This document shows, piece by piece, positions 38,132 through 46,084 of a stretch of DNA of 60,385 nt. Under the pieces are notes generated by a model. It did not search any database and had not been told where the DNA came from. It saw only the letters and a program-made list of their open reading frames with translations. The DNA comes from Myxococcales bacterium. Lineage in GTDB: Bacteria; Myxococcota_A; Polyangia; Polyangiales; JAFGIB01. Numbering within the stretch: position 1 is the first letter of the stretch; every line of letters begins with the position of its first letter. The translations under genes were made by a program, and so were the position numbers. The DNA is taken from the NCBI GenBank assembly GCA_028817855.1, contig JAPPOT010000210.1:1-60385 (forward strand), in the 5' to 3' direction.

Positions 38132-39604
38132 GTGACAGAGCGCACGATGCCGAAGCCCGGCGAGGTCGTCGGCGGCAAGTACGAGATCGAGGAGATGGTC
38201 GGCGAAGGCGGCATGGGTGCCGTCTTCGCGGCGCGTCACCGCGTGACCGAGAAGCGGGTGGCGCTCAAGTGGATGCACCCCGATCTGGCGGCCGACGAGG
38301 ACGCGGTCGAGCGCTTCGTGAGGGAGGCGCGGGCCGCCGGGCGCATCGACCACCCGAACGTCGTCGACATCTACGACGTGGGTGAGCACGGCGGCTCCAC
38401 CTTCCTGGTGATGGAGCTGCTGCGAGGTGAGAACCTGGCCGAGCGCATCGAGGGGCGGGAGCTCAAGGCCGATCAGGTCATCCAGATCCTGCTTCCGGCG
38501 ATGCGCGGTGTGGCCGCGGCCCATCGCACGGGTGTGATTCACCGCGACCTCAAGCCCGAGAACATCTTCCTGTGCCGCGATCCGGACGGGGCCTACCGCG
38601 GACCCAAGGTGTTGGACTTCGGCATCTCCAAGGTCAGCTCCCGCGATGGCAGCAGCAACCACCGCCTAACCAAGAGTGGCATGCTGATCGGGACGCCCTA
38701 CTACATGGCGCCGGAGCAGATCCGCGGTCGCGGCGTCGACCAGCGCGCCGACGTCTACGCCTTCGGCGTGATCCTCTACGAGGCCCTGACCGGGCGGGTG
38801 CCCTTCAACGCTGACAACTACGGGGCACTCGTGTTGGAGATTGCCAATGCGACGCCCGCGCGGCCAAGCGCGCTCAACGCGCGCGTGCCGCACACGCTCG
38901 AACGCGTGGTCCTGAAGGCGATGGCACGGGAGCCGGGGCAGCGCTACGCGGACATCGAGAGCCTGGCCCGTGCGCTCGAGCCCTTTGCCCGCGGCGAGAG
39001 CTTCGCGGTGACGCGGCCGGACCCGACCGAGCGGCGCAGCAGCGCCGAGATGGGGACCACGCCGCTGGTGTCGGAGGGGCCGGTGCGCGTGCCGATCAAG
39101 CGCACCGGGCAGAGCGTCGCCGTGCTGGTGGTGTTGCTCGGCATCCTCGGTGGGCTCTCCGCATTCAACGTGCTGCCGCTCTTCGGTACGGGCCTGTTCG
39201 GCGATGACCGGGCCGGCGGCGGGGGGGTGCAGCCCGCGGAGGTCTCGGCGGTCGGGACGCTCGAGCCGCCGCCGGGCGAGGCGCTGGCGGCGCCCGACGC
39301 GGGGCCGGCCGTGGCGGACCACCCACCCGCCCCGGCACCGGTCGTCGAGCCCGCTCCCGACAGGGCGGTCGAGAAGGAGCGCCCGCGCCGTGGCGCGGCA
39401 CGCGGCGAGGCCCGTCGCCGGGCCGCGGCCACCAAGGCGAAGGCCTCGCGAGCCCCGCCTCCTGCACCACCACCTCCGCCGTCGCCCGCTCCGGTGCGGC
39501 CGCCGGTGCCGAAGCCGCCGGTCGCAGCGCCAGCCGCGGCCCCCAGGGCGGCTCCGCCGAAGCCCGCGGGGCGGACCGGCGCGATGGACGCCAACCAGTT
39601 CTAG
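38132..39604 (+). CDS. Ser/Thr protein kinase with TM helix and Pro/Ala-rich tail
   Basis: GEGGMGAVFAA...VALK, HRDLKPENIF, DFGISK, GTPYYMAPE. TM helix VAVLVVLLGILGGLSAF. GTG 38132 or ATG 38147 start. Confidence 0.9.
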   Translation: MTERTMPKPGEVVGGKYEIEEMVGEGGMGAVFAARHRVTEKRVALKWMHPDLAADEDAVERFVREARAAGRIDHPNVVDIYDVGEHGGSTFLVMELLRGENLAERIEGRELKADQVIQILLPAMRGVAAAHRTGVIHRDLKPENIFLCRDPDGAYRGPKVLDFGISKVSSRDGSSNHRLTKSGMLIGTPYYMAPEQIRGRGVDQRADVYAFGVILYEALTGRVPFNADNYGALVLEIANATPARPSALNARVPHTLERVVLKAMAREPGQRYADIESLARALEPFARGESFAVTRPDPTERRSSAEMGTTPLVSEGPVRVPIKRTGQSVAVLVVLLGILGGLSAFNVLPLFGTGLFGDDRAGGGGVQPAEVSAVGTLEPPPGEALAAPDAGPAVADHPPAPAPVVEPAPDRAVEKERPRRGAARGEARRRAAATKAKASRAPPPAPPPPPSPAPVRPPVPKPPVAAPAAAPRAAPPKPAGRTGAMDANQF

Positions 39605-39664
39605 GTCGGCTGAGGGCGCCCTCGGCCCCGGGGCTGAAGCGCCGGGCCCGGGCGCCTGCGGCCC

Positions 39665-39853
39665 TCAGCAGGCCGCGACGGCGCCTTCCAGCATACTCAT
39701 CGAGATGAAGGGCACGGCCAGGGCGAGGGGGGCCAGGAATGCGGCCTGGGCCGGGAATGCGATGGCCGCCAATACCGGTACTGCCACCGACGCGCCGACC
39801 GCGATCGCGGCCCAGGTTCCAGTCGAAGTCTTTTGATTCTGCGTAGTTGACAT
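39665..39853 (-). CDS. small hydrophobic protein (62 aa, two predicted TM segments)
   Basis: MSTTQNQKTSTGTWAAIAVGASVAVPVLAAIAFPAQAAFLAPLALAVPFISMSMLEGAVAAC. Strong SD GGGAGGAAG 4-5 nt upstream of ATG 39853. It lies inside a longer listed ORF whose upstream part overlaps the thioesterase gene. Confidence 0.55.
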   Translation of the reverse strand: MSTTQNQKTSTGTWAAIAVGASVAVPVLAAIAFPAQAAFLAPLALAVPFISMSMLEGAVAAC

Positions 39854-39908
39854 GGTCTTCCTCCCGTCTGTGGGCGACTCACCAGTCGCTGAACCATCAA
39901 CTACTGTT

Positions 39909-39936
39909 ACACTAATCACTGTCGTAATTGAGTCAA
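39909..39936 (-). promoter_or_regulatory. candidate sigma70-type promoter in AT-rich island upstream of the small gene
   Basis: On the minus strand, TTGACT (39936-39931), a 16-nt spacer, then TAGTGT (39914-39909). The surrounding roughly 120 bp is conspicuously AT-rich for this genome. Confidence 0.3.
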
Positions 39937-39975
39937 GAAGAAAGTGACAGCAAACGGTGTAATCGTGGGCCGAGC

Positions 39976-40458
39976 CTAGCGCGGCAGCAGCGAGCGTCGG
40001 GAGGCGAGCCTCTCCTCGCGCCGGCGCAGGGCGTCCGCGTAGCGGCGCTTCTCGGTCTCCGTCTCGGGGGACAGTGGCGCGATCTCCCGTGGGCGGCTGG
40101 CATCGTCGAGCGCGACGAAGGTCAGGTAGGCCTTGGTGCAATAGCGCCGCATGCCCGTCGCCGGATCCTCGCTCTCCACCCGACACCCGATCTCCATGCT
40201 CGTGCGTCCCGCGTAGTTCACCTGGGACTGGAGGATCACCACGTCGCCCAAATGGATCGGCGAGAGGAAGTCGAGTCGGTCGATCGACGCGGTCACGGTG
40301 TTGCCGCCACCGGCGTGGCGCATGGCGGACACCGCAGCACAGACGTCGATCCACTGCACGACGATCCCGCCGAAGAGCGAGCCCCGGTAGTTCATGTGCG
40401 ACGGCATCACGATCTGCGTCATCTCGACGCGCGACTGGGCCGGAGTCCGGTCATCCAT
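39976..40458 (-). CDS. acyl-CoA thioesterase (hotdog fold, YciA/Acot-like)
   Basis: [33 protein letters not shown]...[18 protein letters not shown]. Confidence 0.8.
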   Translation of the reverse strand: MDDRTPAQSRVEMTQIVMPSHMNYRGSLFGGIVVQWIDVCAAVSAMRHAGGGNTVTASIDRLDFLSPIHLGDVVILQSQVNYAGRTSMEIGCRVESEDPATGMRRYCTKAYLTFVALDDASRPREIAPLSPETETEKRRYADALRRREERLASRRSLLPR

Positions 40459-40688
40459 GCCCGGAGCCTACCAGGAGTGAAGAGACGCAGCGTACCCGAG
40501 CTCGAGTCCGCGCCCGAACGCCGAGCAGCACCACCCGCCCCCGCCACTCGAAATCGTCGAGCTTCGTTCAGGAGCGAGCGCGGCCGCTAGGGACAACCGG
40601 AGGCGTGGCGGCGCCACGTCGAGGATTGCCCGAGGACGAAGCCGCTCCTGGGCGAGCCTCGGCGATTGCTCCTCAGTTCAAATCCGAC

Positions 40689-41327
40689 CTAAGCGGACTT
40701 GCGGCGTCGGGTTCGTGTGGGCTGCAACCCCGCCAGTCTGAAGAGCGTGTTGCGGAACAGGCGGTTGGTCTCCGCCGGCGTCAGCTGGCTGTCGTAGAAC
40801 GAGTTGGCTCGCAGGCCCAGTAGCATCGCGTAGGCCGACTGCGCCGCCTCCTCGGCGGTCGTGTCCGGCGCGAGAGGTGTCTGCTCGAAGAGCTCCACGA
40901 ACATGTCCTTGATGCGTCGGTCGTGCATGACCTTCACACGGCGCATGGTGCGGTTCTGCACGGCCTGTCCGTAGAGGTCGAGCATCACGCCCTGGTCGAC
41001 CTTGCGCAGGCCCTTTCCGCTCAGGAAGAGATCCGCGATGGCCTCGATCTTCTCCGCTGGGCCGCGGTCCTCGAGCTCGGCGACCTGCTTGTCGATGCGA
41101 TTGGTGACGGCCTTGAAGAAGGCCTCGAGGATCGCCTCCTTGCCGGGGAAGTAGTAGAGCAGGTGGCTCGACGACATCTCCGCCTCTTCGGCGATGTCGC
41201 ACAAGGTCGTCGCGGCGTACCCCTTCTTCGCCATGCAGCGATAGAGTGCGAGCACGATCTTACCGCGCCGATCGCGCGCATTCATGGCGTCAGCCAGGTT
41301 GATGGTGTTGGGTGACTTCGAGCCCAC
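40689..41327 (-). CDS. TetR/AcrR family transcriptional regulator
   Basis: HTH region KKGYAATTLCDIAEEAEMSSSHLLYYFPGKEAIL. Confidence 0.9.
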   Translation of the reverse strand: MGSKSPNTINLADAMNARDRRGKIVLALYRCMAKKGYAATTLCDIAEEAEMSSSHLLYYFPGKEAILEAFFKAVTNRIDKQVAELEDRGPAEKIEAIADLFLSGKGLRKVDQGVMLDLYGQAVQNRTMRRVKVMHDRRIKDMFVELFEQTPLAPDTTAEEAAQSAYAMLLGLRANSFYDSQLTPAETNRLFRNTLFRLAGLQPTRTRRRKSA

Positions 41328-41421
41328 GGATGCTTCCCCTCTGCTAAGTTGCGCGCTTGAGACACCGCGCGTGTCGAACTTCTTCCCTGCACGCGGCGCG
41401 CTTTCGTGTAGCTAGATCTGC

Positions 41422-41513
41422 CACCTTCGGGTGTCAATTGCTCCCGCAGCCATTCATGGTCGAGGACCCACTTTTGTCGTTCTGAATCTCATTCAAATCA
41501 CCTTCGGGTGTCA
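41422..41513. promoter_or_regulatory. two identical 15-bp direct repeats CACCTTCGGGTGTCA in the TetR / ECF-sigma divergent region
   Basis: Copies at 41422-41436 and 41499-41513 (77 bp apart). Each contains the hairpin/palindrome CACC-TTCG-GGTG. The region is AT-rich. Confidence 0.35.
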
Positions 41514-41670
41514 TCCGAATGCAGACGCTTTACCAATTTGGGATCGTCGGCCACAACGGTCTGCCCGAGGTGTCCTCGGAAAGCGATTGCTTTAGCTTGT
41601 AACGCGCGACGATTGATGTCGGACTACGGTCCTGACGGGTTGGGCCGTCATGGGGATCGGGCCCTACTGA

Positions 41671-42243
41671 ATGCCGGGCGACTCGGAGCAACCGAAGGAC
41701 GAGCGCAGCGACGAGCAGCTGATGGCTGCCTACGTCGCGGGTGACGAGCGCGCCTTCCGCGTGCTGTTCGACCGGTACGGTCCGGTGCTCTTCAGGCTCG
41801 TGCGGCGGCGACTGCGGACCGACGACGAGGCACGCGACATCGTGCAGACCACGCTGCTGCACATGCATCGTGCAAGACACGACTTTCGCCACGACTCGCG
41901 GCTGCGCCCGTGGCTCTTCACCATCGCCCTGAACCTGGTGCGCGAGCACTACCGGCGGCGTGGTCGACGAAAGGAGCAGCCGCTCGAAATCGACGGCTAC
42001 AGCCCGGCGGAGCCGACGGTCCAGCCCGGCACGCCGATCGAGGATCGCCAGCGTGCCGAGCGGCTGCACGCGGCCCTGGCCAGCCTGCCCGAGAACCAGC
42101 GCACGGTGATCGAGTTGCACTGGTTTGGCGACAGCCCCTACGAGGAGATCGCGCGGATCGTGGGTGCGAGCGTCGCCGCGGTGCGTGTTCGCGCACACCG
42201 TGGCTACGAACGATTGAGGAAAATTCTGCCCGAAAATGAGTAA
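41671..42243 (+). CDS. ECF-type RNA polymerase sigma factor
   Basis: Region 2 (FRVLFDRYGPVLFRLVRRRL, DIVQTTLLHMHRARHDF, PWLFTIALNLVREHYRR) and region 4 (LPENQRTVIELHWFGDSPYEEIARIVGASVAAVRVRAHRG). Confidence 0.9.
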   Translation: MPGDSEQPKDERSDEQLMAAYVAGDERAFRVLFDRYGPVLFRLVRRRLRTDDEARDIVQTTLLHMHRARHDFRHDSRLRPWLFTIALNLVREHYRRRGRRKEQPLEIDGYSPAEPTVQPGTPIEDRQRAERLHAALASLPENQRTVIELHWFGDSPYEEIARIVGASVAAVRVRAHRGYERLRKILPENE

Positions 42244-42321
42244 CGTCACCCCCCACTTGAGGCGTACGTCCGGTGTCGGTAAGCCCGACGTCCGAGGCCT
42301 ACAAAACCCGACGAATTCGCT

Positions 42322-43089
42322 GTGAGCAGTCGACCCCCGGAATTTGACGAGAACCTCTCGGCCCTGGCGGCCGATCTCCCCCCAATGGGGGATCTGGACG
42401 GCCTCTACCGGGAGCTCGAGGGTCAGGTTCGGCGGGAGCAGGGGCCGCGGGCCTGGCTGCGGGAACGCTCCACTCCGGTGCGCGGCACGATCGCCCTCGG
42501 GACCATCACGGCCCTGACCGTGGCGGTCTGGCTGTCCTGGGCGCGCCCGGATCTCGGGAGCTACCCGGGCTGGCACATGGCGCTCACGCTGGGCGCCATT
42601 GGGGCGGTCCTGGTCTGCGCACTCGCCATCGGCCTGCGCCCGCTGCACATGCCGGAGGCGCCCGCCTGGTTGAGTCGGCTGGTGCTCGGTGGCGGCCTGG
42701 TGTTGCTCTTCGCAGTCTACATGCTGCCCGCCGGGGCGCATGCGGCCACGCACGGCGACGGCTTGCCCGGCGTCCTGCATGGCGCCTGGAAGTGCTTCGG
42801 GACCGGAGCCGTGCTCGGCCTGCCGGTCTACGTGCTGTTGCGACTGCTCGATCGTGGCAGCTCGCCCTATGGCGTCGCCACTGCGCTCGCAGCGGGCCTG
42901 TCTGCCAACTTGCTGCTGCAGCTCCACTGCCCCAACAGCGCCCCGCAGCACATGGTGCTCGGGCACCTGACGGTCGCGTTCGTGTTCGGGTTGGTCTACG
43001 TCGCGTACCGTCGTGTCGCGTCGATCTATCGCGTGCCCAGCTGCCGGCTATTGACAGGGCTGTTGGACGGCAGGACAAGGCTGCCATGA
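42322..43089 (+). CDS. multi-pass membrane anti-sigma factor candidate (NrsF/DUF1109-like)
   Basis: Immediately downstream of the ECF sigma. Cytoplasmic N-terminus followed by about 6 TM helices. Cys/His in predicted loops (AWKCFG, LHCPNS). GTG start. Confidence 0.55.
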   Translation: MSSRPPEFDENLSALAADLPPMGDLDGLYRELEGQVRREQGPRAWLRERSTPVRGTIALGTITALTVAVWLSWARPDLGSYPGWHMALTLGAIGAVLVCALAIGLRPLHMPEAPAWLSRLVLGGGLVLLFAVYMLPAGAHAATHGDGLPGVLHGAWKCFGTGAVLGLPVYVLLRLLDRGSSPYGVATALAAGLSANLLLQLHCPNSAPQHMVLGHLTVAFVFGLVYVAYRRVASIYRVPSCRLLTGLLDGRTRLP

Positions 43090-43388
43090 CACGGCCTCGC
43101 AAGTTGGAGGCGCAGCAGGTCGAGACGCGCCTCTCGGAGCTCTCCGCGTGGGCGCTGGTGGACGGCAAGCTGCACCGCGAGCTGCTCTTCGAGGACTTCG
43201 CCGCAGCTTTCGCCTTCATGACGGCGATGGCGCTGGTGTCGGAGTCGCTCGCGCACCACCCGGAGTGGTTCAACGTCTACAACCGCGTCACCATCGACCT
43301 GACGACCCACGACGCCGGCGGCATCACGGAGCTCGACTTCGAGTGGGCGCGTGCCGCCGAGCGCCACCTCGCCGAGCGAACGGCCTAG
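43086..43388 (+). CDS. phhB: 4a-hydroxytetrahydrobiopterin (pterin-4a-carbinolamine) dehydratase
   Basis: 100 aa. LVDGKLHRELLFEDFAAAFAFMTAMALVSESLAHHPEWFNVYNRVTIDLTTHDAGG is the PCD/DCoH signature. ATGA overlap with the anti-sigma stop. Confidence 0.85.
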   Translation: MTRPRKLEAQQVETRLSELSAWALVDGKLHRELLFEDFAAAFAFMTAMALVSESLAHHPEWFNVYNRVTIDLTTHDAGGITELDFEWARAAERHLAERTA

Positions 43389-44596
43389 GCTGTCAACGCG
43401 GGCGCGGCGCCCACGGGACCGTCCGGGGCGGAGGCCGCTGCGGGTGGCGCCTGGCCGTCGCGGAAGGGGCCCAGACGCCGGCGCTTGAGCTCGGCGGTGG
43501 CGGCCTTGATGTATTGCTCGTTGCGCATCAGCGCGAGCACCACCGTGCCGTAGTAGCCCGATGGCATCTTCGGGCTCTCGTCGAAGCGACGCAGCAGGTG
43601 GTAGTGGCGCGAGGCGCGCGCGTGGTGATCCGAGTGGCGCGACAGGCCCACCAGGGTGTGGAGCGTGAACCAGCTGTCCGTGTCCCAGGAGTCGAAGTTG
43701 GTCACGGTCTTGCCCTCGCGCAGCAGGCCCCAGTGCTCGATGTAGTTGACCACCTCGAGCAGCATGATGGCCATGCGCGCCTGCATGATGAAGAAGAAGG
43801 CCGCAAGCCAGCCGAAGAAGTAGACGTAGGCCGCCACGATCAGCACTTGCGCGACCACGCCCTGCAGTACGCGGTGGCGCAGCATGCGCACGTCGTGCCA
43901 CTTCATGTGCGCGTCGCCGTTGCGCACCTTCTCGAGGCGCCAAGCGCTCTTGAACTGGGCCGGCACCGTGCGCCAGAGGAACTGGCGGAAGGTCTCGCCG
44001 AAGCGCGCGGTGGCGGGGTCCTCACGTGTGCCCACGCGCGGGTGGTGGCCGCGCACGTGCTCGGTCGTGAAGTGCTCGTAGCAGACGAACATCAACAGCA
44101 GGCGGCCGAGGAAGAACTGGAAGCGGTTGCGGCGGTGCACCAGCTCGTGCGCGACGACGATCCCGGAGTAGCCGGCGTTGACGCCGCAGACGGCGTGCAT
44201 GGCGATGAAGTTGGCGAAGGTCTTGCCGAGCTCCTCGCCGGGCCAGACCGCGAGCTTGCTCGCCATCACGCCGAGCATGATGTGGTTGGCGAGCTGGAGC
44301 GCCACCAGGCCGTAGACCTGCAGGTCGAAGGGCCAGGCGGGCGCCCCCTCCTCCGGTTGGCGCAGGTCCGGGCCGGAGCGCACGTCCACGTAGACCAGCA
44401 TCCAGATCGGCGCCACCCACAGCAGGGCCACCCACCACTCGTGGGGACCGGTGAGCAGGAAGGTCAGCGTCAGCAGCGGCAGCACGAAGGCCCACAGGTG
44501 CAGCGTGAAGGCGCGCAGGGACGAGAGGGTGCCTGCGCTGCTCTTGGGGACCGTGACGGACTCGGACACGAAGGGACCTCCAGCTACCGGTGACAT
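43385..44596 (-). CDS. alkB: alkane 1-monooxygenase (AlkB-type membrane di-iron hydroxylase)
   Basis: All four AlkB signature boxes are present: HELVHRR, EHVRGHH, NYIEHWGL, LSRHSDHH. Multiple TM helices. Confidence 0.85.
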   Translation of the reverse strand: MSPVAGGPFVSESVTVPKSSAGTLSSLRAFTLHLWAFVLPLLTLTFLLTGPHEWWVALLWVAPIWMLVYVDVRSGPDLRQPEEGAPAWPFDLQVYGLVALQLANHIMLGVMASKLAVWPGEELGKTFANFIAMHAVCGVNAGYSGIVVAHELVHRRNRFQFFLGRLLLMFVCYEHFTTEHVRGHHPRVGTREDPATARFGETFRQFLWRTVPAQFKSAWRLEKVRNGDAHMKWHDVRMLRHRVLQGVVAQVLIVAAYVYFFGWLAAFFFIMQARMAIMLLEVVNYIEHWGLLREGKTVTNFDSWDTDSWFTLHTLVGLSRHSDHHARASRHYHLLRRFDESPKMPSGYYGTVVLALMRNEQYIKAATAELKRRRLGPFRDGQAPPAAASAPDGPVGAAPALTA

Positions 44597-44633
44597 ACGC
44601 CTCCGTATGTGTGCTACATACGACGCCGTATGT
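44593..44633. promoter_or_regulatory. tandem palindromic operator (ACATACG-N4-CGTATGT, two copies)
   Basis: ACATACGCCTCCGTATGT (44593-44610) and ACATACGACGCCGTATGT (44616-44633), 23 bp centre to centre. The first overlaps the alkB start codon. Located in the alkB / ferredoxin divergent region. Confidence 0.45.
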
Positions 44634-44692
44634 CAATTGCCTGTAGGGTACCGCCCCACATTGCGACCCGCACCCCCCGGAGAAGAAAGCCC

Positions 44693-44884
44693 ATGAAAAT
44701 CGTCGTCGATTTCGATCTTTGTCAGAGCCACGGTCTGTGCACTCAGGCGGCACCCGAGGTCTTCGAGATCCGCGACGACGGCTTCCTCTATATCCTCAAA
44801 GAGGAACCCGGCGAGGATCTGCGTGGCAAGCTCGAGACCGCCGTGCGCGAGTGCCCGACCGGCGCCATCAAAGTCGAGGGCTGA
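44693..44884 (+). CDS. small single-cluster ferredoxin
   Basis: 63 aa. MKIVVDFDLCQSHGLCTQAAPEVFEI...CPTGAIKVEG. Confidence 0.8.
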   Translation: MKIVVDFDLCQSHGLCTQAAPEVFEIRDDGFLYILKEEPGEDLRGKLETAVRECPTGAIKVEG

Positions 44885-46084
44885 GTGCGGCGCATCGTCG
44901 TCGTCGGCGCCTCCCTGGCCGGCTTGCGCGCGGTGGAGGCGCTGCGACGCGAAGGTTACGAGGGCGCCCTGACTCTGGTCGGCGAGGAGCCCCGCGCCCC
45001 CTACGACCGGCCACCGCTGTCCAAGCAGGTGCTGCGCGGCGAGTGGGGAGAGGACCGCCTGGACCTGCGGCGCGGCGCCGGCCTCGAGGAGCTCGAGCTC
45101 GACGCGCGCCTGGGCGTGCTCGCCACCGGCCTCGATGGGCGCGCGCGCGAAGTGCAGCTCGCGGACGGCAGTCGCCTGCCCTACGACGGTCTGCTGATCG
45201 CCACCGGCGCGCGTGCGCGGCGCTTGCCGCTCGGCGAGGGCCTGTCGGGCGTGCACCTCGTGCGCACCCTGGAGGACGCGACCGCGCTGCGCGACGCGCT
45301 CGTGGCTGGACCGCGCGTATGCGTGATCGGCGCCGGCTTCATCGGCCTGGAGGTGGCGGCCTCGTGTCGCGCGCTGGGGCTGTCCGTCACGGCGATCGAG
45401 GGCTTACCGTTGCCGTTGGTCAACAAGCTCGGTGTGCCGATGGCCGCCGCGGTCGCGGATCTGCACCGCGCGGAAGGGGTCGACCTGCGCTGCGGCGTCA
45501 CGGTCGCGGCGATCGAGGGCGACGGCCGCGTCGAGCGCGTGCGTCTGTCCGATGGGACCGCCATCGATGCGGACCTGGTCGTGATGGGCGTCGGCGTCGC
45601 GCCCAACGTGGAGTGGCTGCGGGGCTCGGGGATCGAGCTCGACGATGGCGTGCTGTGTGACGCGCGCTGCGCCACGGCGCTGCCCGACGTGGTCGCCGCC
45701 GGGGACGTCGCGCGCTGGCCCAACGCCCTGTTCGACGAGACGATGCGCGTCGAGCACTGGACCCACGCCGTCGAGCAGGCCAATGCGGCCGTGCAGCGTC
45801 TGCTGCGCGGCGCCGAGGCGACGGAGCCCTTCGCGCCGGCGCCCTACTTCTGGTCGGATCAATACGACGTCAAGATCCAGTTCGCCGGGCGCGCGCGCGA
45901 AGGCGACGAGCTGCAAGTGATCGAGGGTTCGGTCGAGGCTCGCAAGCTGGTGGCCCTCTACGGCCGCGAGGGCCGCGTCACGGGTGTGCTGACCTGGAAT
46001 CGCCCACCGAAGCTGATCGCCTACCGCAGGCAGATCGCTCAGGGGCTGAGCTGGGCTGATGCGGTGAGCTCCGCGTCGTCCTGA
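44885..46084 (+). CDS. FAD-dependent ferredoxin-NAD(P) reductase (pyridine nucleotide-disulfide oxidoreductase)
   Basis: IVVVGASLAGLRAVEALR (FAD), VCVIGAGFIGLEVAAS (NAD), AAGDVARW. The GTG start abuts the ferredoxin stop. Confidence 0.85.
   Translation: MRRIVVVGASLAGLRAVEALRREGYEGALTLVGEEPRAPYDRPPLSKQVLRGEWGEDRLDLRRGAGLEELELDARLGVLATGLDGRAREVQLADGSRLPYDGLLIATGARARRLPLGEGLSGVHLVRTLEDATALRDALVAGPRVCVIGAGFIGLEVAASCRALGLSVTAIEGLPLPLVNKLGVPMAAAVADLHRAEGVDLRCGVTVAAIEGDGRVERVRLSDGTAIDADLVVMGVGVAPNVEWLRGSGIELDDGVLCDARCATALPDVVAAGDVARWPNALFDETMRVEHWTHAVEQANAAVQRLLRGAEATEPFAPAPYFWSDQYDVKIQFAGRAREGDELQVIEGSVEARKLVALYGREGRVTGVLTWNRPPKLIAYRRQIAQGLSWADAVSSASS

Noticed and set aside
40655-40690. TTCAAATCC motif resembling a tRNA T-loop
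   Set aside because: The flanking bases cannot form the 5-bp T-stem, and no cloverleaf is evident.
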